Positions 1 to 8,554 of a stretch of 64,000 nucleotides of DNA are shown in pieces. Origin of the DNA: Spirochaetia bacterium. GTDB lineage: Bacteria > Spirochaetota > Spirochaetia > UBA9216. The notes beneath the pieces are model-generated. The model saw only the letters and a program-made list of their open reading frames with translations, was not told where the DNA came from and made no database searches. The DNA is taken from the NCBI GenBank assembly GCA_963677925.2, contig CAXXYH010000003.1, forward strand, positions 1,248,001-1,312,000, written 5' to 3'. Every line of letters begins with the position of its first letter. Within the stretch, counting starts at the first letter, position 1. A program made the translations under genes and the position numbers.

Positions 1-1556
1 GCAATTGAATTTTTACCTGAATTTTTTACCTTGTACATTGCTGTATCAGCTTCATTGAGTATCCGATCAAGATTTTCATGATTACCGCCTTCAACAAGGC
101 TTACACCGATACTTGCTCCAATATTTATCTCATGTCCTTTGATTATGAGTTTCTCATCTATTGCAGTTAGAATTTTTTTTATTACGATATCACACTCTTT
201 TTCACCGGACACACGGGGAAGAAGCACTATAAATTCATCGCCTCCATACCGTCCTACCGTATCAGAACTGCGAAGGACCGACCTCATTTTATGCCCGATA
301 TTCTGAAGAAGCAGATCACCTACATCATGGCCAAACTGATCATTGACATTCTTGAATCCGTCAAGATCAATGAAGCAGACGGCAATTTTATAATGATATC
401 GGTCAGCAAGCTCCAGCTGCCTTGTAATTCTGTCGAAAATCAGATTTCGATTCGGCAAATCTGTCAGGTTGTCATAGAGGGCGGCATGTTCCATTGATTT
501 ACGGTATTTATTCCGCTGTATTATTATCCTGGATATAAGCAGAGTCCCGACAATATCAAACAATAAAATAATCAGAGCAAGAATGGTATACCGGTATTGA
601 AAATCTTGGGGTCCCATTCCGAATTCCTCTGCTCTTATAAAGTGAATAAGAAACCAGGAATTTTCTGAGTTATCAATAAAATCAAGCTCCTCATAGGGGT
701 TTATCTTTAAAGCTGAAACCAGAACCCTATTTTTATAAACCTGATAAAAATCATTATTCTGCATAGACTCCCAGACTTGAGGACATTCAAGGCTGAAAGA
801 AACTGCCTCCCGATCTGGGAACATGAACCCCCATTCTTTTTCAGGATCATTACGGTAAAGCCAGTCGCCGTTTTCATTAGCCAGAAAAAAACTTCCCGGA
901 TTATTCAGGGTCAGGTTTTCAAAAATATCAATCAAATTATGCCCCAGAAAATTCAGTACAACAGCGCCCTTCAGTTCACCGTTATGATAGACAGGACTTC
1001 CTATCCGAATCATTGGCTTTAAAGGTTTTTCAATCCTTCCGTTCTCTATATTCAAATCAAACAGTGAGATGTAAACCTGGCCTTCATGAAGTTTAACTGT
1101 CTCTGTAAAATAATACCTGCTATATTTATCCTGCAGCTGTTCTTCTGAAACAAGTACAGGCTTTCCATCAACCAGATTAACACGAACAATTTCCATTCCG
1201 GTTTCATCAATATATCGAACCTGATCAAAGACTCTCTTATTTTCGCTGAAATTAAGCAGATCCTGCTGCAGTTTATTTTTTTCGAGACCTGTTTCAATCA
1301 GGCTGTGCAGTGATGATAAAACAGTCAGAAATTTCACATCGTAGACAAGTTCCTTATAATAATCTGAAACAATTTCTGACTGAGCCTGAAGCAGCCGTTC
1401 AGAATCACGACCTTGCGTATTTATATGTTCTGATCTATGAGAGAGGACAGAGATAGTATATATACCGAAACTTAATACTATTACTGCTGAAAGTGTTTTG
1501 GCGACGATACTTCCTGACGCTAAAGCTTCTTTTAAAATCTTTTTATATTTATGCAT
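1..1556 (-). CDS. Membrane-anchored sensor diguanylate cyclase (GGDEF); 3' end runs off the window start
   Basis: Absent from the ORF track because no stop codon lies in the window. Hand translation from ATG 1556 gives MHKYKKILKEALASGSIVAKTLSAVIVLSFGIYTISVLS (TM helix). The same frame gives VGRYGGDEF at about 231-257. Confidence 0.85.
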   Translation of the reverse strand, partial: MHKYKKILKEALASGSIVAKTLSAVIVLSFGIYTISVLSHRSEHINTQGRDSERLLQAQSEIVSDYYKELVYDVKFLTVLSSLHSLIETGLEKNKLQQDLLNFSENKRVFDQVRYIDETGMEIVRVNLVDGKPVLVSEEQLQDKYSRYYFTETVKLHEGQVYISLFDLNIENGRIEKPLKPMIRIGSPVYHNGELKGAVVLNFLGHNLIDIFENLTLNNPGSFFLANENGDWLYRNDPEKEWGFMFPDREAVSFSLECPQVWESMQNNDFYQVYKNRVLVSALKINPYEELDFIDNSENSWFLIHFIRAEEFGMGPQDFQYRYTILALIILLFDIVGTLLISRIIIQRNKYRKSMEHAALYDNLTDLPNRNLIFDRITRQLELADRYHYKIAVCFIDLDGFKNVNDQFGHDVGDLLLQNIGHKMRSVLRSSDTVGRYGGDEFIVLLPRVSGEKECDIVIKKILTAIDEKLIIKGHEINIGASIGVSLVEGGNHENLDRILNEADTAMYKVKNSGKNSI

Positions 1557-1618
1557 TTCATTCTAATGATATAGATTTATCCGTATATTTGCAAATTACA
1601 GTCTTATCGTTAACCTAT

Positions 1619-1653
1619 GAAAAAGGCTGTCCGGAGATTACTCACGGACAGCC
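1619..1653 (-). terminator. Rho-independent terminator of the decarboxylase operon
   Basis: Minus strand AGGCTGTCCG-loop-CGGACAGCCT followed by a T run, about 20 nt after the mmdB stop. Confidence 0.8.
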
Positions 1654-1674
1654 TGAATTGAAACCGTTTTTAAA

Positions 1675-2844
1675 CTAATTAAGCGACAACAGAACACCCG
1701 CAGCAATTGCAGAGCCTATAACTCCGGCTACGTTGGGGCCCATTGCGTTCATAAGCAGGAAGTTGCCCGGATCTTCTTTCTGGCCGACCTTCTGTACTAC
1801 CCGCGCAGCCATCGGTACAGCAGATACTCCTGCGGCTCCGATCATCGGATTGATCTTTCCGCCGCTTATCTTGCTCATCAGCTTTCCAAGCATAACTCCG
1901 CCGCCGGTTCCTACTCCGAATGCTATACATCCGAGTACTATAATGAATATCGTCTCAAATGTAAGGAAGTGGTCGGCTGACATCTTTGAACCTACTGATA
2001 TTCCAAGGAATATCGTTACTATGTTGATAAGCTCGTTCTGGGCTGTCTTTGAAAGCCTGTCTACAACTCCGCATTCCTTGAACAGGTTTCCAAGCATAAG
2101 CATTCCGATAAGCGGTGCTGATGCCGGAATAAGCAGGGCTGTAACTATTGTTGTGATTATCGGGAAAAGAATCTTGGTCCGTTTTGAAACAGGCTTCGGA
2201 TCCTCCATCCTGATAAGTCTTTCCTTCTTGGTTGTAAGAGCCTTGATAATAGGCGGCTGTATAATCGGTACAAGCGCCATATACGTATAGGCTGCTACTG
2301 CAATAGGTCCAAGCAGATGCGGTGCAAGCTTAGATGTGAGATATATAGCTGTAGGACCGTCAGCCCCTCCGATTATTGCGATGGAAGAGGCCTCTGCAAA
2401 GTTGAAGCCCAGATCATGCGCAGCAAGAAAGGGGATTGCTCCAAGAGCCTTGGCTCCAAGCAGGGTTATAAATATACCAAGCTGGGCAGCTGCTCCCAGA
2501 AGAAAGGTCTGCGGCTTGCCCAGAAGCGGTCCGAAGTCCGTCATCGCTCCGATTCCCATGAAGATAATCGGCGGGAACAGTCCAAGCTGAACACCCTGAT
2601 AAAAGTAATATATAAGTCCGCCGGCCTGGTCTCCGATTGGTCCTTCCAAAAGCCCTGTAAGCGGAAGGTTTACCAGTATTGCTCCGAATCCTATCGGGAT
2701 AAGCAGCAGCGGCTCATAACCCTTTGCTATTGCAAGGTAAACAAGCAGACAGCCGATTGCAATCATTACCAGGTTCTGCCAGGTGATTGCCGTGAAGGCG
2801 GTGCTGCTTAGAAATCTTAATATTAGATCTACGAAATTCACCAA
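1675..2844 (-). CDS. mmdB: Na+-translocating decarboxylase beta subunit (OadB/MmdB/GcdB family)
   Basis: Motifs [42 protein letters not shown] and [12 protein letters not shown]; highly hydrophobic. Confidence 0.95.
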   Translation of the reverse strand: MVNFVDLILRFLSSTAFTAITWQNLVMIAIGCLLVYLAIAKGYEPLLLIPIGFGAILVNLPLTGLLEGPIGDQAGGLIYYFYQGVQLGLFPPIIFMGIGAMTDFGPLLGKPQTFLLGAAAQLGIFITLLGAKALGAIPFLAAHDLGFNFAEASSIAIIGGADGPTAIYLTSKLAPHLLGPIAVAAYTYMALVPIIQPPIIKALTTKKERLIRMEDPKPVSKRTKILFPIITTIVTALLIPASAPLIGMLMLGNLFKECGVVDRLSKTAQNELINIVTIFLGISVGSKMSADHFLTFETIFIIVLGCIAFGVGTGGGVMLGKLMSKISGGKINPMIGAAGVSAVPMAARVVQKVGQKEDPGNFLLMNAMGPNVAGVIGSAIAAGVLLSLN

Positions 2845-2853
2845 ATCCCTCCG

Positions 2854-3330
2854 TTAGCCGATGTCTACAAGCGGCTGTCCTTCGGTTACGTTTGTACCCG
2901 GAGTTACATGGATGGCGTTTACTGTACCGGCGTTGCTTGCAAATACTTCAATGTCCATCTTCATTGCTTCCATTATCAGAAGAAGATCTCCCTTGGCTAC
3001 GCTTGCGCCCTGGGCTACCTTGATTTCCTTGATTGTTCCTGTTATTGCAGCCTTCTCGGTTCCGGCTCCGGCTGCTACAGGGGCGGCGGCTGGTGCCGGC
3101 GCGGCGGCTGCGGGAGAGGGTGCTACAGCTGCCGGTGCAGGCGCTGCCGGTGCAGCAGGAGCTGCAGGCGCAGCGGGCGCTGCTACAGGAGCTGCTGTTG
3201 CTCCTGCAGGGGTTGCAAGGCTTACAAGGTAACTATCGCCTTCATGCTCAATTGTAAGGACATTTCCGTTTCTTGTTACGTTTATGTCGTAAAGGGTTCC
3301 TTCATATTCAAACTTAATATTCTTGCTCAT
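2854..3330 (-). CDS. mmdC: Biotin carboxyl carrier (gamma) subunit
   Basis: EAMKM biotinylation motif near the C-terminus; Ala/Pro-rich linker. Confidence 0.93.
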   Translation of the reverse strand: MSKNIKFEYEGTLYDINVTRNGNVLTIEHEGDSYLVSLATPAGATAAPVAAPAAPAAPAAPAAPAPAAVAPSPAAAAPAPAAAPVAAGAGTEKAAITGTIKEIKVAQGASVAKGDLLLIMEAMKMDIEVFASNAGTVNAIHVTPGTNVTEGQPLVDIG

Positions 3331-3335
3331 AACTC

Positions 3336-3722
3336 TTATACTCCTGGTGCTTTTCTTGTGATTTTATTGTTTGCGACCCACGGGTCATACTTTGCTGCTC
3401 CCGCTGAACTCCATCCTGAAGCCTTTGGGGCATTCTGCTCATCTTCCTCAGCTGCCAGAAACGCTGATACCGCAGCCGAAAGCCATTTCGCGTTATCGGC
3501 CATTGTAGCAGTTGCTGCTGCAACTATTACTGGCAGGGGCAGGCCGCCGCTCTTCTTTGCTGAAGATGTCCCGGCAGATTTCGGCGCTTTGCTTTTGGCT
3601 GTATCACCGTCTGCAAATTTCTTTATCAGAACCATCAGCAGACTCAGAAGGACCAACAGTGTAAACACTATCAGTATTCCAAGTATTGATGTCATAACAC
3701 TGTAAATAAATTCTTCCTGCAT
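3336..3722 (-). CDS. mmdD: OadG/MmdD-family membrane anchor (delta) subunit
   Basis: Single N-terminal TM helix (ILGILIVFTLLVLLSLL), an 'IVAAA' segment and a C-terminal W-containing motif; lies between the alpha and biotin-carrier genes. Confidence 0.8.
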   Translation of the reverse strand: MQEEFIYSVMTSILGILIVFTLLVLLSLLMVLIKKFADGDTAKSKAPKSAGTSSAKKSGGLPLPVIVAAATATMADNAKWLSAAVSAFLAAEEDEQNAPKASGWSSAGAAKYDPWVANNKITRKAPGV

Positions 3723-3737
3723 AAAACTCTCCGCCTC

Positions 3738-5288
3738 CTACAGTGGTATATTGCCGTGTTTCTTGGCAGGTCTGTCTTCACGCTTTTTGATGTTGATTTC
3801 AAGCGCTCTGATGAGTTCTGCACGGGTGTATTCGGGGTCGATTATGTCATCTACAAGACCTAGGCCTGCGGCTACGTAGGGGTTCATGAACTCTGTCTGG
3901 AACTCTGCTATCTTTTCCTGTCTCTTTGCTTCAGGATCCGATGCTGAGTTGATGTCCTTTCTGAATATGATGTTTGCTGCGCCCTCTGCTCCCATTACTG
4001 CTATTTCTGCTGTCGGGTATGCAAGGACTCTGTCATATCCAAGAGACTTGGATGACATTGCTATCATTGAACCGCCGTAGGACTTTCTCATAATCAGTGA
4101 AATCTTGGGCACTGTCGCCTCTGCTATTGCGTAGAGGATCTTTGCTCCGTGTCTGATGATTCCGCCGTGCTCCTGGGCAACGCCGGGAAGGTAGCCGGGG
4201 ACATCAACAAGTGTGATTACCGGAATATTGAAAGCATCACAGAAGCGGATGAACCTTGCTCCCTTATCTGATGAGTTGATATCAAGTGAGGCAGCCATGA
4301 ACTTGGGCTGGTTTGCAAAGATACCTACAGTGCGGCCGTTGAGTTTTGCAAAACCTACTACTACGCTTTTTGCGAAGTCTTCCTGTACTTCAAGAAATGA
4401 ACCTGCGTCAAAGGCGCTTCCGATTATGTCGCGTACATCGTAGGGCTTTCTTGCCTCTTCGGGGATGATCGACATGATTTCGGGTGTGGTTCTTTCAAGT
4501 GAATCTGTACAGGCACTTACCGGCGGCTGCTCTGTGTTGTTTGAAGGCAGGTAGTCCATAAGTCTTCTGATGAAATCAAAACATTCCTGCTCGGATGAAA
4601 AACGGAAGTGGGCGACTCCGCTTTTTGCACAGTGAGCTGATGCTCCGCCGAGGTCTTCGTGGCTGATTACCTCACCGGTTACTGTCTTTATTACATCCGG
4701 ACCGGTGATGTACATGTGACTTGAACCGTCTACCATGAATATGAAGTCGGTGATGGCCGGTGAGTAAACTGCACCTCCGGCACAGGGACCGAGTATTACT
4801 GAAAACTGGGGGATAACTCCTGATGAAAGGGTGTTATTCCTGAAAATTTTGGCGTATCCGTTGAGTGAGAGTATTCCCTCCTGGATTCTTGCTCCGCCTG
4901 AATCGTTGACCTGGATAAACGGTGAACCGTTTTTTAGTGCAAGGCTCTGGGCCTCTGCAATCTTTTCGGCATGCATTTCTCCAAGTGAACCGCCGAGAAC
5001 GGTAAAATCCTGGGCTGACAGGAATACCTGCTTGCCGTTCATCTTGCCTGTTCCGGTTACGACTCCGTCGCCGGCAAACTTGTTTTTATCCATGCCGAAC
5101 TGACTGGTGCGGGTCTGGATGTATGCCTGGCTTTCAACGAAACTTCCCTCATCCAGAAGTCCGGTGATCCTTTCTCTGGCGGTAAATTTCCCTTTATCAT
5201 GCTGGGCTTTGATTCTGGCGTCGCCGCCGCCCTTCTGCATTTTTGCTCTGAAGTCTTTAAACTCCTGAAGCCGCTCATTGTTATTCAT
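3738..5288 (-). CDS. mmdA: Acyl-CoA carboxyltransferase, (methyl)malonyl-CoA decarboxylase alpha subunit
   Basis: Motifs QDFTVLGGSLG, DSGGARIQEG, GPCAGGAVYSPA, DVPGYLPGVAQEHGGIIRHGAK and C-terminal KKHGNIPL. Confidence 0.93.
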   Translation of the reverse strand: MNNNERLQEFKDFRAKMQKGGGDARIKAQHDKGKFTARERITGLLDEGSFVESQAYIQTRTSQFGMDKNKFAGDGVVTGTGKMNGKQVFLSAQDFTVLGGSLGEMHAEKIAEAQSLALKNGSPFIQVNDSGGARIQEGILSLNGYAKIFRNNTLSSGVIPQFSVILGPCAGGAVYSPAITDFIFMVDGSSHMYITGPDVIKTVTGEVISHEDLGGASAHCAKSGVAHFRFSSEQECFDFIRRLMDYLPSNNTEQPPVSACTDSLERTTPEIMSIIPEEARKPYDVRDIIGSAFDAGSFLEVQEDFAKSVVVGFAKLNGRTVGIFANQPKFMAASLDINSSDKGARFIRFCDAFNIPVITLVDVPGYLPGVAQEHGGIIRHGAKILYAIAEATVPKISLIMRKSYGGSMIAMSSKSLGYDRVLAYPTAEIAVMGAEGAANIIFRKDINSASDPEAKRQEKIAEFQTEFMNPYVAAGLGLVDDIIDPEYTRAELIRALEINIKKREDRPAKKHGNIPL

Positions 5289-5350
5289 TCTAAGCTCCTG
5301 AATTTCCCAAAAAATTGTGAAAGAATGTAATTTAATTCTTAATACTCAAA

Positions 5351-5376
5351 TTATCCGTAATATAGATTACGGATAA
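5351..5376. other. Intercistronic hairpin between madM and mmdA
   Basis: TTATCCGTAAT-atag-ATTACGGATAA, an 11-bp perfect inverted repeat without a clear U-tract; possible mRNA stabiliser or processing site. Confidence 0.5.
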
Positions 5377-5404
5377 TCAGATTTCCATTTATATACTAAA
5401 CTTA

Positions 5405-6166
5405 CTAGAAAATAGCGTTAACTATCAGATACCCTACTGAAGGACAAAGAAGTGTTCCAAGTCCTGTATAGAAAGTTGCAGTCATTGCACCGTAGGGAAC
5501 AAGCTTGATATCGGTAGCCGCAAGTCCGCCTGCAACACCGCTGGTTGTTCCGATAATTCCGCCGTATACCATTGCTGTAGTCGGGTTATCAAGACCGATC
5601 TTCTTGGCAATGAGCGGTGTCATAATCATTGTAAGAACAGACTTAACAACACCTGCTGCAACAGACAGGGCAACAACCGAAGAACTGACGCCCAGGGCAT
5701 CACCTGTAACAGGACCTACAATGAAGGTAACTGTACCTGCACCGATTGTTGTGAGTTCTTTAGGATCAACAAAGCCGAGTATACGGGCAATTATGACTCC
5801 TACTACGAATGAGAATATTACTCCTATAAAGAGCGATACAACGCCTGCCAATCCTGCTTTTTTAAGATTCTCCATCTTAACACCATATGCTGTTGATACA
5901 ATGGTGTAGTCTCTGAGGGCACTTCCTCCAAGTATGAGAAAACCTGCAAAAAGAGGCAGATCAGCAAGACCTTTTTTTCCGCCGGTGAATTTACCGGCAA
6001 CATATGCAAGAATAAGGGCAAGTATGATTGCAAAAGCAGATCCCATCTTTCCCTGTTTGATCATTTTTGCTACATAGTAAGCAAGAAGCATCGCAAGAGC
6101 GACAAAACCGAAAGCGAGGACAAGGTGATCACGTCCCATGATACTGTTCATTATTTTTGCAATCAT
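5405..6166 (-). CDS. madM: Malonate transporter subunit MadM
   Basis: Motifs GSAFAIILAL, GGKKGLAD, GGSALRD, GTVTFIVGPVTG, GTTSGVAGGLAATD and LVPYGAMTATFYTG. Confidence 0.92.
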   Translation of the reverse strand: MIAKIMNSIMGRDHLVLAFGFVALAMLLAYYVAKMIKQGKMGSAFAIILALILAYVAGKFTGGKKGLADLPLFAGFLILGGSALRDYTIVSTAYGVKMENLKKAGLAGVVSLFIGVIFSFVVGVIIARILGFVDPKELTTIGAGTVTFIVGPVTGDALGVSSSVVALSVAAGVVKSVLTMIMTPLIAKKIGLDNPTTAMVYGGIIGTTSGVAGGLAATDIKLVPYGAMTATFYTGLGTLLCPSVGYLIVNAIF

Positions 6167-6540
6167 ACTTCTTCTCCTTTATCTTTACCAAGTTTGGCTA
6201 CTAATGGTACAAGAAACAGTGAAGCTATAGTTGCAATGCCTCCGGCCAGAAATGCAACCGCACCGCCGTCAACTGCAGCTACAACATTCTGGGATGCTGC
6301 CATAGCAACAACAACCGGAATGTAGATAGAACTCAGAAAAAGTATTCCGTTTTCAGTTTTTGGACTGAAACCGCCCTTTTTTGATTTTTGAACTCTTGCA
6401 GTAACAATAACCAGAAGAAGCATTGCTATACCTACACCGCCGACATTACCCCCGATGCCGATTACCGCACCAAGAATTCTGCCGATGAAATTTCCGACAA
6501 AGTAACAGGCTGCTACTATTCCAAGGCCGTATATTTCCAT
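6163..6540 (-). CDS. madL: Malonate transporter subunit MadL
   Basis: MEIYG start, NVGGVGIAMLLL and YIPVVVAMAASQNV; 4-nt overlap with madM. Confidence 0.92.
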   Translation of the reverse strand: MEIYGLGIVAACYFVGNFIGRILGAVIGIGGNVGGVGIAMLLLVIVTARVQKSKKGGFSPKTENGILFLSSIYIPVVVAMAASQNVVAAVDGGAVAFLAGGIATIASLFLVPLVAKLGKDKGEEV

Positions 6541-6579
6541 ATCCTTTTCTCCTTAAACTTAAATTTGGTTTTAATAGTT

Positions 6580-7803
6580 TTATTTTTTGTCGAAGACAAC
6601 TCCGCTGTTCAGCAGTTCTTCAACTTTTTCTTTTGAATATCCGAGTTCATTCTGCAGATATTCAATTGTGTGCTCCCCAAGTCCGGGAGCCGGTGTTCTG
6701 ACTGTACCGGGAGTTTCCGTCATTTTAAACGGAGATCCGGCCATAGTTACTTTACCAACTCCGGGCTGTTCAACATCAACTATCATTTCGCGGTAAAGCA
6801 GGTTCGGGTCTTTTACAACCTTATCAATTGTGTTCAATGGTGAATACGGCAGGCCGTTTTCATCAAGAAGCTTGATCCATTCTTCGGATGTCTTCTTTTT
6901 CATTTCAACATCCAGAATTCTGACCAGTTCATCTCGGTTCTGTGTTCTGAGAGGATTAGTTTTGAAAAGTTCATGATCAGTCAGATCTTCTCTTTCAATA
7001 AGTGTACAGAATTTCTTCCAGAGAGAATCATTACCGATAGGTGTTATAACCCAGCTGCCGTCACTTGTTTCAAATGCCTGAAACGGAGTTATGGTCGGGT
7101 GAGCACTTCCGAGAGGTACGGGAATTTCACCTTTGGCAGTGTATCTGACAATTGCATTCTCAAGAATGTACACAAGACCGTCTACCATGGAAATATCTAT
7201 ATGCTGTCCTTCGCCGGTTCGGTTTTTATGCTGCAGAGCTGCAAGAATGCCGATCGCACCCTGATGCCCTGCAACTACATCACCTACAGACGAGCCTACA
7301 CGTACCGGAGCTCCGCCGAGGGGTCCTGTGATACTCATCAAACCGCTGAATCCCTGTGCAACCATGTCGTATGCCGGACGGGTTGCATACTCGGGAAGAG
7401 CATCATGTCCGAATCCGCAGATTGAGCAATAAATAATTCCGGGATTTATTTTTTTTAATTCTTCAAATGAGAAACCAAGTTTTCTCATGGTTGTCGGACG
7501 GTAGTTTTCAACTACGATATCCGCATCCTTAATCATGTCCGTCAGCAGAGCCTTACCTTCATCTTTTTTAAGATCAACACAAATACTCTTTTTATTTCTG
7601 TTAATACTGATGAAGTAGCCGCTCTGCTTACCGTCGCCTTCCTGTTCATCGATAAAGGGTCCGAAAGCCCTTGAATCATCACCGATAGGGGGTTCAACTT
7701 TTACAACATCAGCCCCCATATCTGCCAGAATCATCGTGCAGAACGGAGCAGCAAGTACATGACTAAGATCGACTATTTTAATTCCTTCCAATGCCTTTTT
7801 CAT
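6580..7803 (-). CDS. Family III (CaiB/BaiF/Frc) CoA transferase, candidate acetyl-CoA:malonate CoA transferase
   Basis: Motifs LEGIKIVDLSHVLAAP, LADMGADVVKVE, NRNKKSI, VENYRP, GD (catalytic Asp region) and APGLGEHT; SD AGGAGG. Confidence 0.92.
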   Translation of the reverse strand: MKKALEGIKIVDLSHVLAAPFCTMILADMGADVVKVEPPIGDDSRAFGPFIDEQEGDGKQSGYFISINRNKKSICVDLKKDEGKALLTDMIKDADIVVENYRPTTMRKLGFSFEELKKINPGIIYCSICGFGHDALPEYATRPAYDMVAQGFSGLMSITGPLGGAPVRVGSSVGDVVAGHQGAIGILAALQHKNRTGEGQHIDISMVDGLVYILENAIVRYTAKGEIPVPLGSAHPTITPFQAFETSDGSWVITPIGNDSLWKKFCTLIEREDLTDHELFKTNPLRTQNRDELVRILDVEMKKKTSEEWIKLLDENGLPYSPLNTIDKVVKDPNLLYREMIVDVEQPGVGKVTMAGSPFKMTETPGTVRTPAPGLGEHTIEYLQNELGYSKEKVEELLNSGVVFDKK

Positions 7804-7924
7804 AAAGGCCTCCTGTGATTTTTGTTTTCACAAAATCACTTGATCACTAATAAATTGAATTAAACACACTCTTTCACAATGTTATTTTCTTGAAACCTCC
7901 AGGGGCTCTCTTTTTTTTATGAGC

Positions 7925-7959
7925 AAAAAAAAAGAGAAGTATTCTGACACTACTTCTCT
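7925..7959 (-). terminator. Intrinsic terminator/attenuator between hutP and the catabolic genes
   Basis: mRNA reads AGAGAAGUA-GUGUCAGAA-UACUUCUCU-UUUUUUUU (9-bp stem plus U-tract); two UAG triplets overlap its 5' arm. Confidence 0.85.
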
Positions 7960-8029
7960 AATACACGCGTTAATAAAATTTCACTACAGGGACTGAACAC
8001 TAATACACACTAAATTTTTTCAGTCCTGT
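7950..8029 (-). promoter_or_regulatory. Putative HutP-binding UAG-repeat leader
   Basis: Five UAG triplets (plus-strand CTA at 8010, 8000, 7984, 7958, 7950), four of them UAGUG. Two lie in the loop of hairpin ACAGGACUGAA/UUCAGUCCCUGU (7986-8029). Confidence 0.65.
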
Positions 8030-8046
8030 TTATACACAAATAAATA

Positions 8047-8469
8047 TTATTTTAAATGCATAACCCCAAGCGCACACCGCTCATGGTTTGTTATTGGATA
8101 GAAGGCGGAATCACCGTAAATCGCAACAGCAACCCATTCCTCATTGGTAACAATGCCCACCTTAAGTTTCAGGCTGGCCTCTGCCGGAACACTGCTGATA
8201 ACACCGTTAAGCGCTTCAAGGGCAGCATGAAGAACAGCATGAACCTGCGTTCCGGTTTTTTTGATCAATCCATTCTGAAGTGAACAACCGACGATTGATT
8301 TTACAAAACTCTTCTTGATATCGGAGGTCAGACCGGTAATAAAAGTCACCGCAAGTTTTTCCTTTCCGATAGTGTTATTGACTTCGGCCTTAATCTGGCG
8401 CTCTTCTTCTTCATCAGACATAGCAGCAAGAAGTGCCATTTTTCCAATACGATCCGTATTCAACTTCAT
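8047..8469 (-). CDS. hutP: HutP-family RNA-binding antiterminator
   Basis: 140 aa; RIGKMALL, HAVLHAALEALNGV, EWVAVAIYG and HERCALGVMHL parallel Bacillus HutP (RIGRLSVL, HALYHATMEALHGV, DWIAVSLYG, HETFGVGINHI, recalled from memory). Confidence 0.88.
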   Translation of the reverse strand: MKLNTDRIGKMALLAAMSDEEEERQIKAEVNNTIGKEKLAVTFITGLTSDIKKSFVKSIVGCSLQNGLIKKTGTQVHAVLHAALEALNGVISSVPAEASLKLKVGIVTNEEWVAVAIYGDSAFYPITNHERCALGVMHLK

Positions 8470-8477
8470 GTTTAGTC

Positions 8478-8507
8478 ATACTACACTCGGAAATGCACAA
8501 TTGTCAA
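8478..8507 (-). promoter_or_regulatory. Sigma70 promoter of the hutP operon
   Basis: TTGACA (8507-8502), 18-nt spacer, TAGTAT (8483-8478); 8 nt upstream of the hutP ATG. Confidence 0.7.
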
Positions 8508-8554
8508 TAAAAAAACTAAAGCTATCGGGGAATTTTTATCTATATATACAGAGA

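Noticed and set aside
291-1678. Short ORFs listed in the track (291, 777, 1052, 1493)
   Set aside because: They overlap the real minus-strand diguanylate cyclase (1-1556), which the track missed because it is truncated.
3060-3215. GC-rich quasi-repeats (gctgccggtgcagg...) and long antisense ORFs over them
   Set aside because: They encode the normal Ala/Pro linker of the biotin carrier; the plus-strand ORFs are shadows.
7812-7840. TGTGA/TCACA-like sequence before the CoA transferase as a CRP or Rex site
   Set aside because: Half-site spacing does not fit either consensus; better explained as an RNA hairpin next to the SD.
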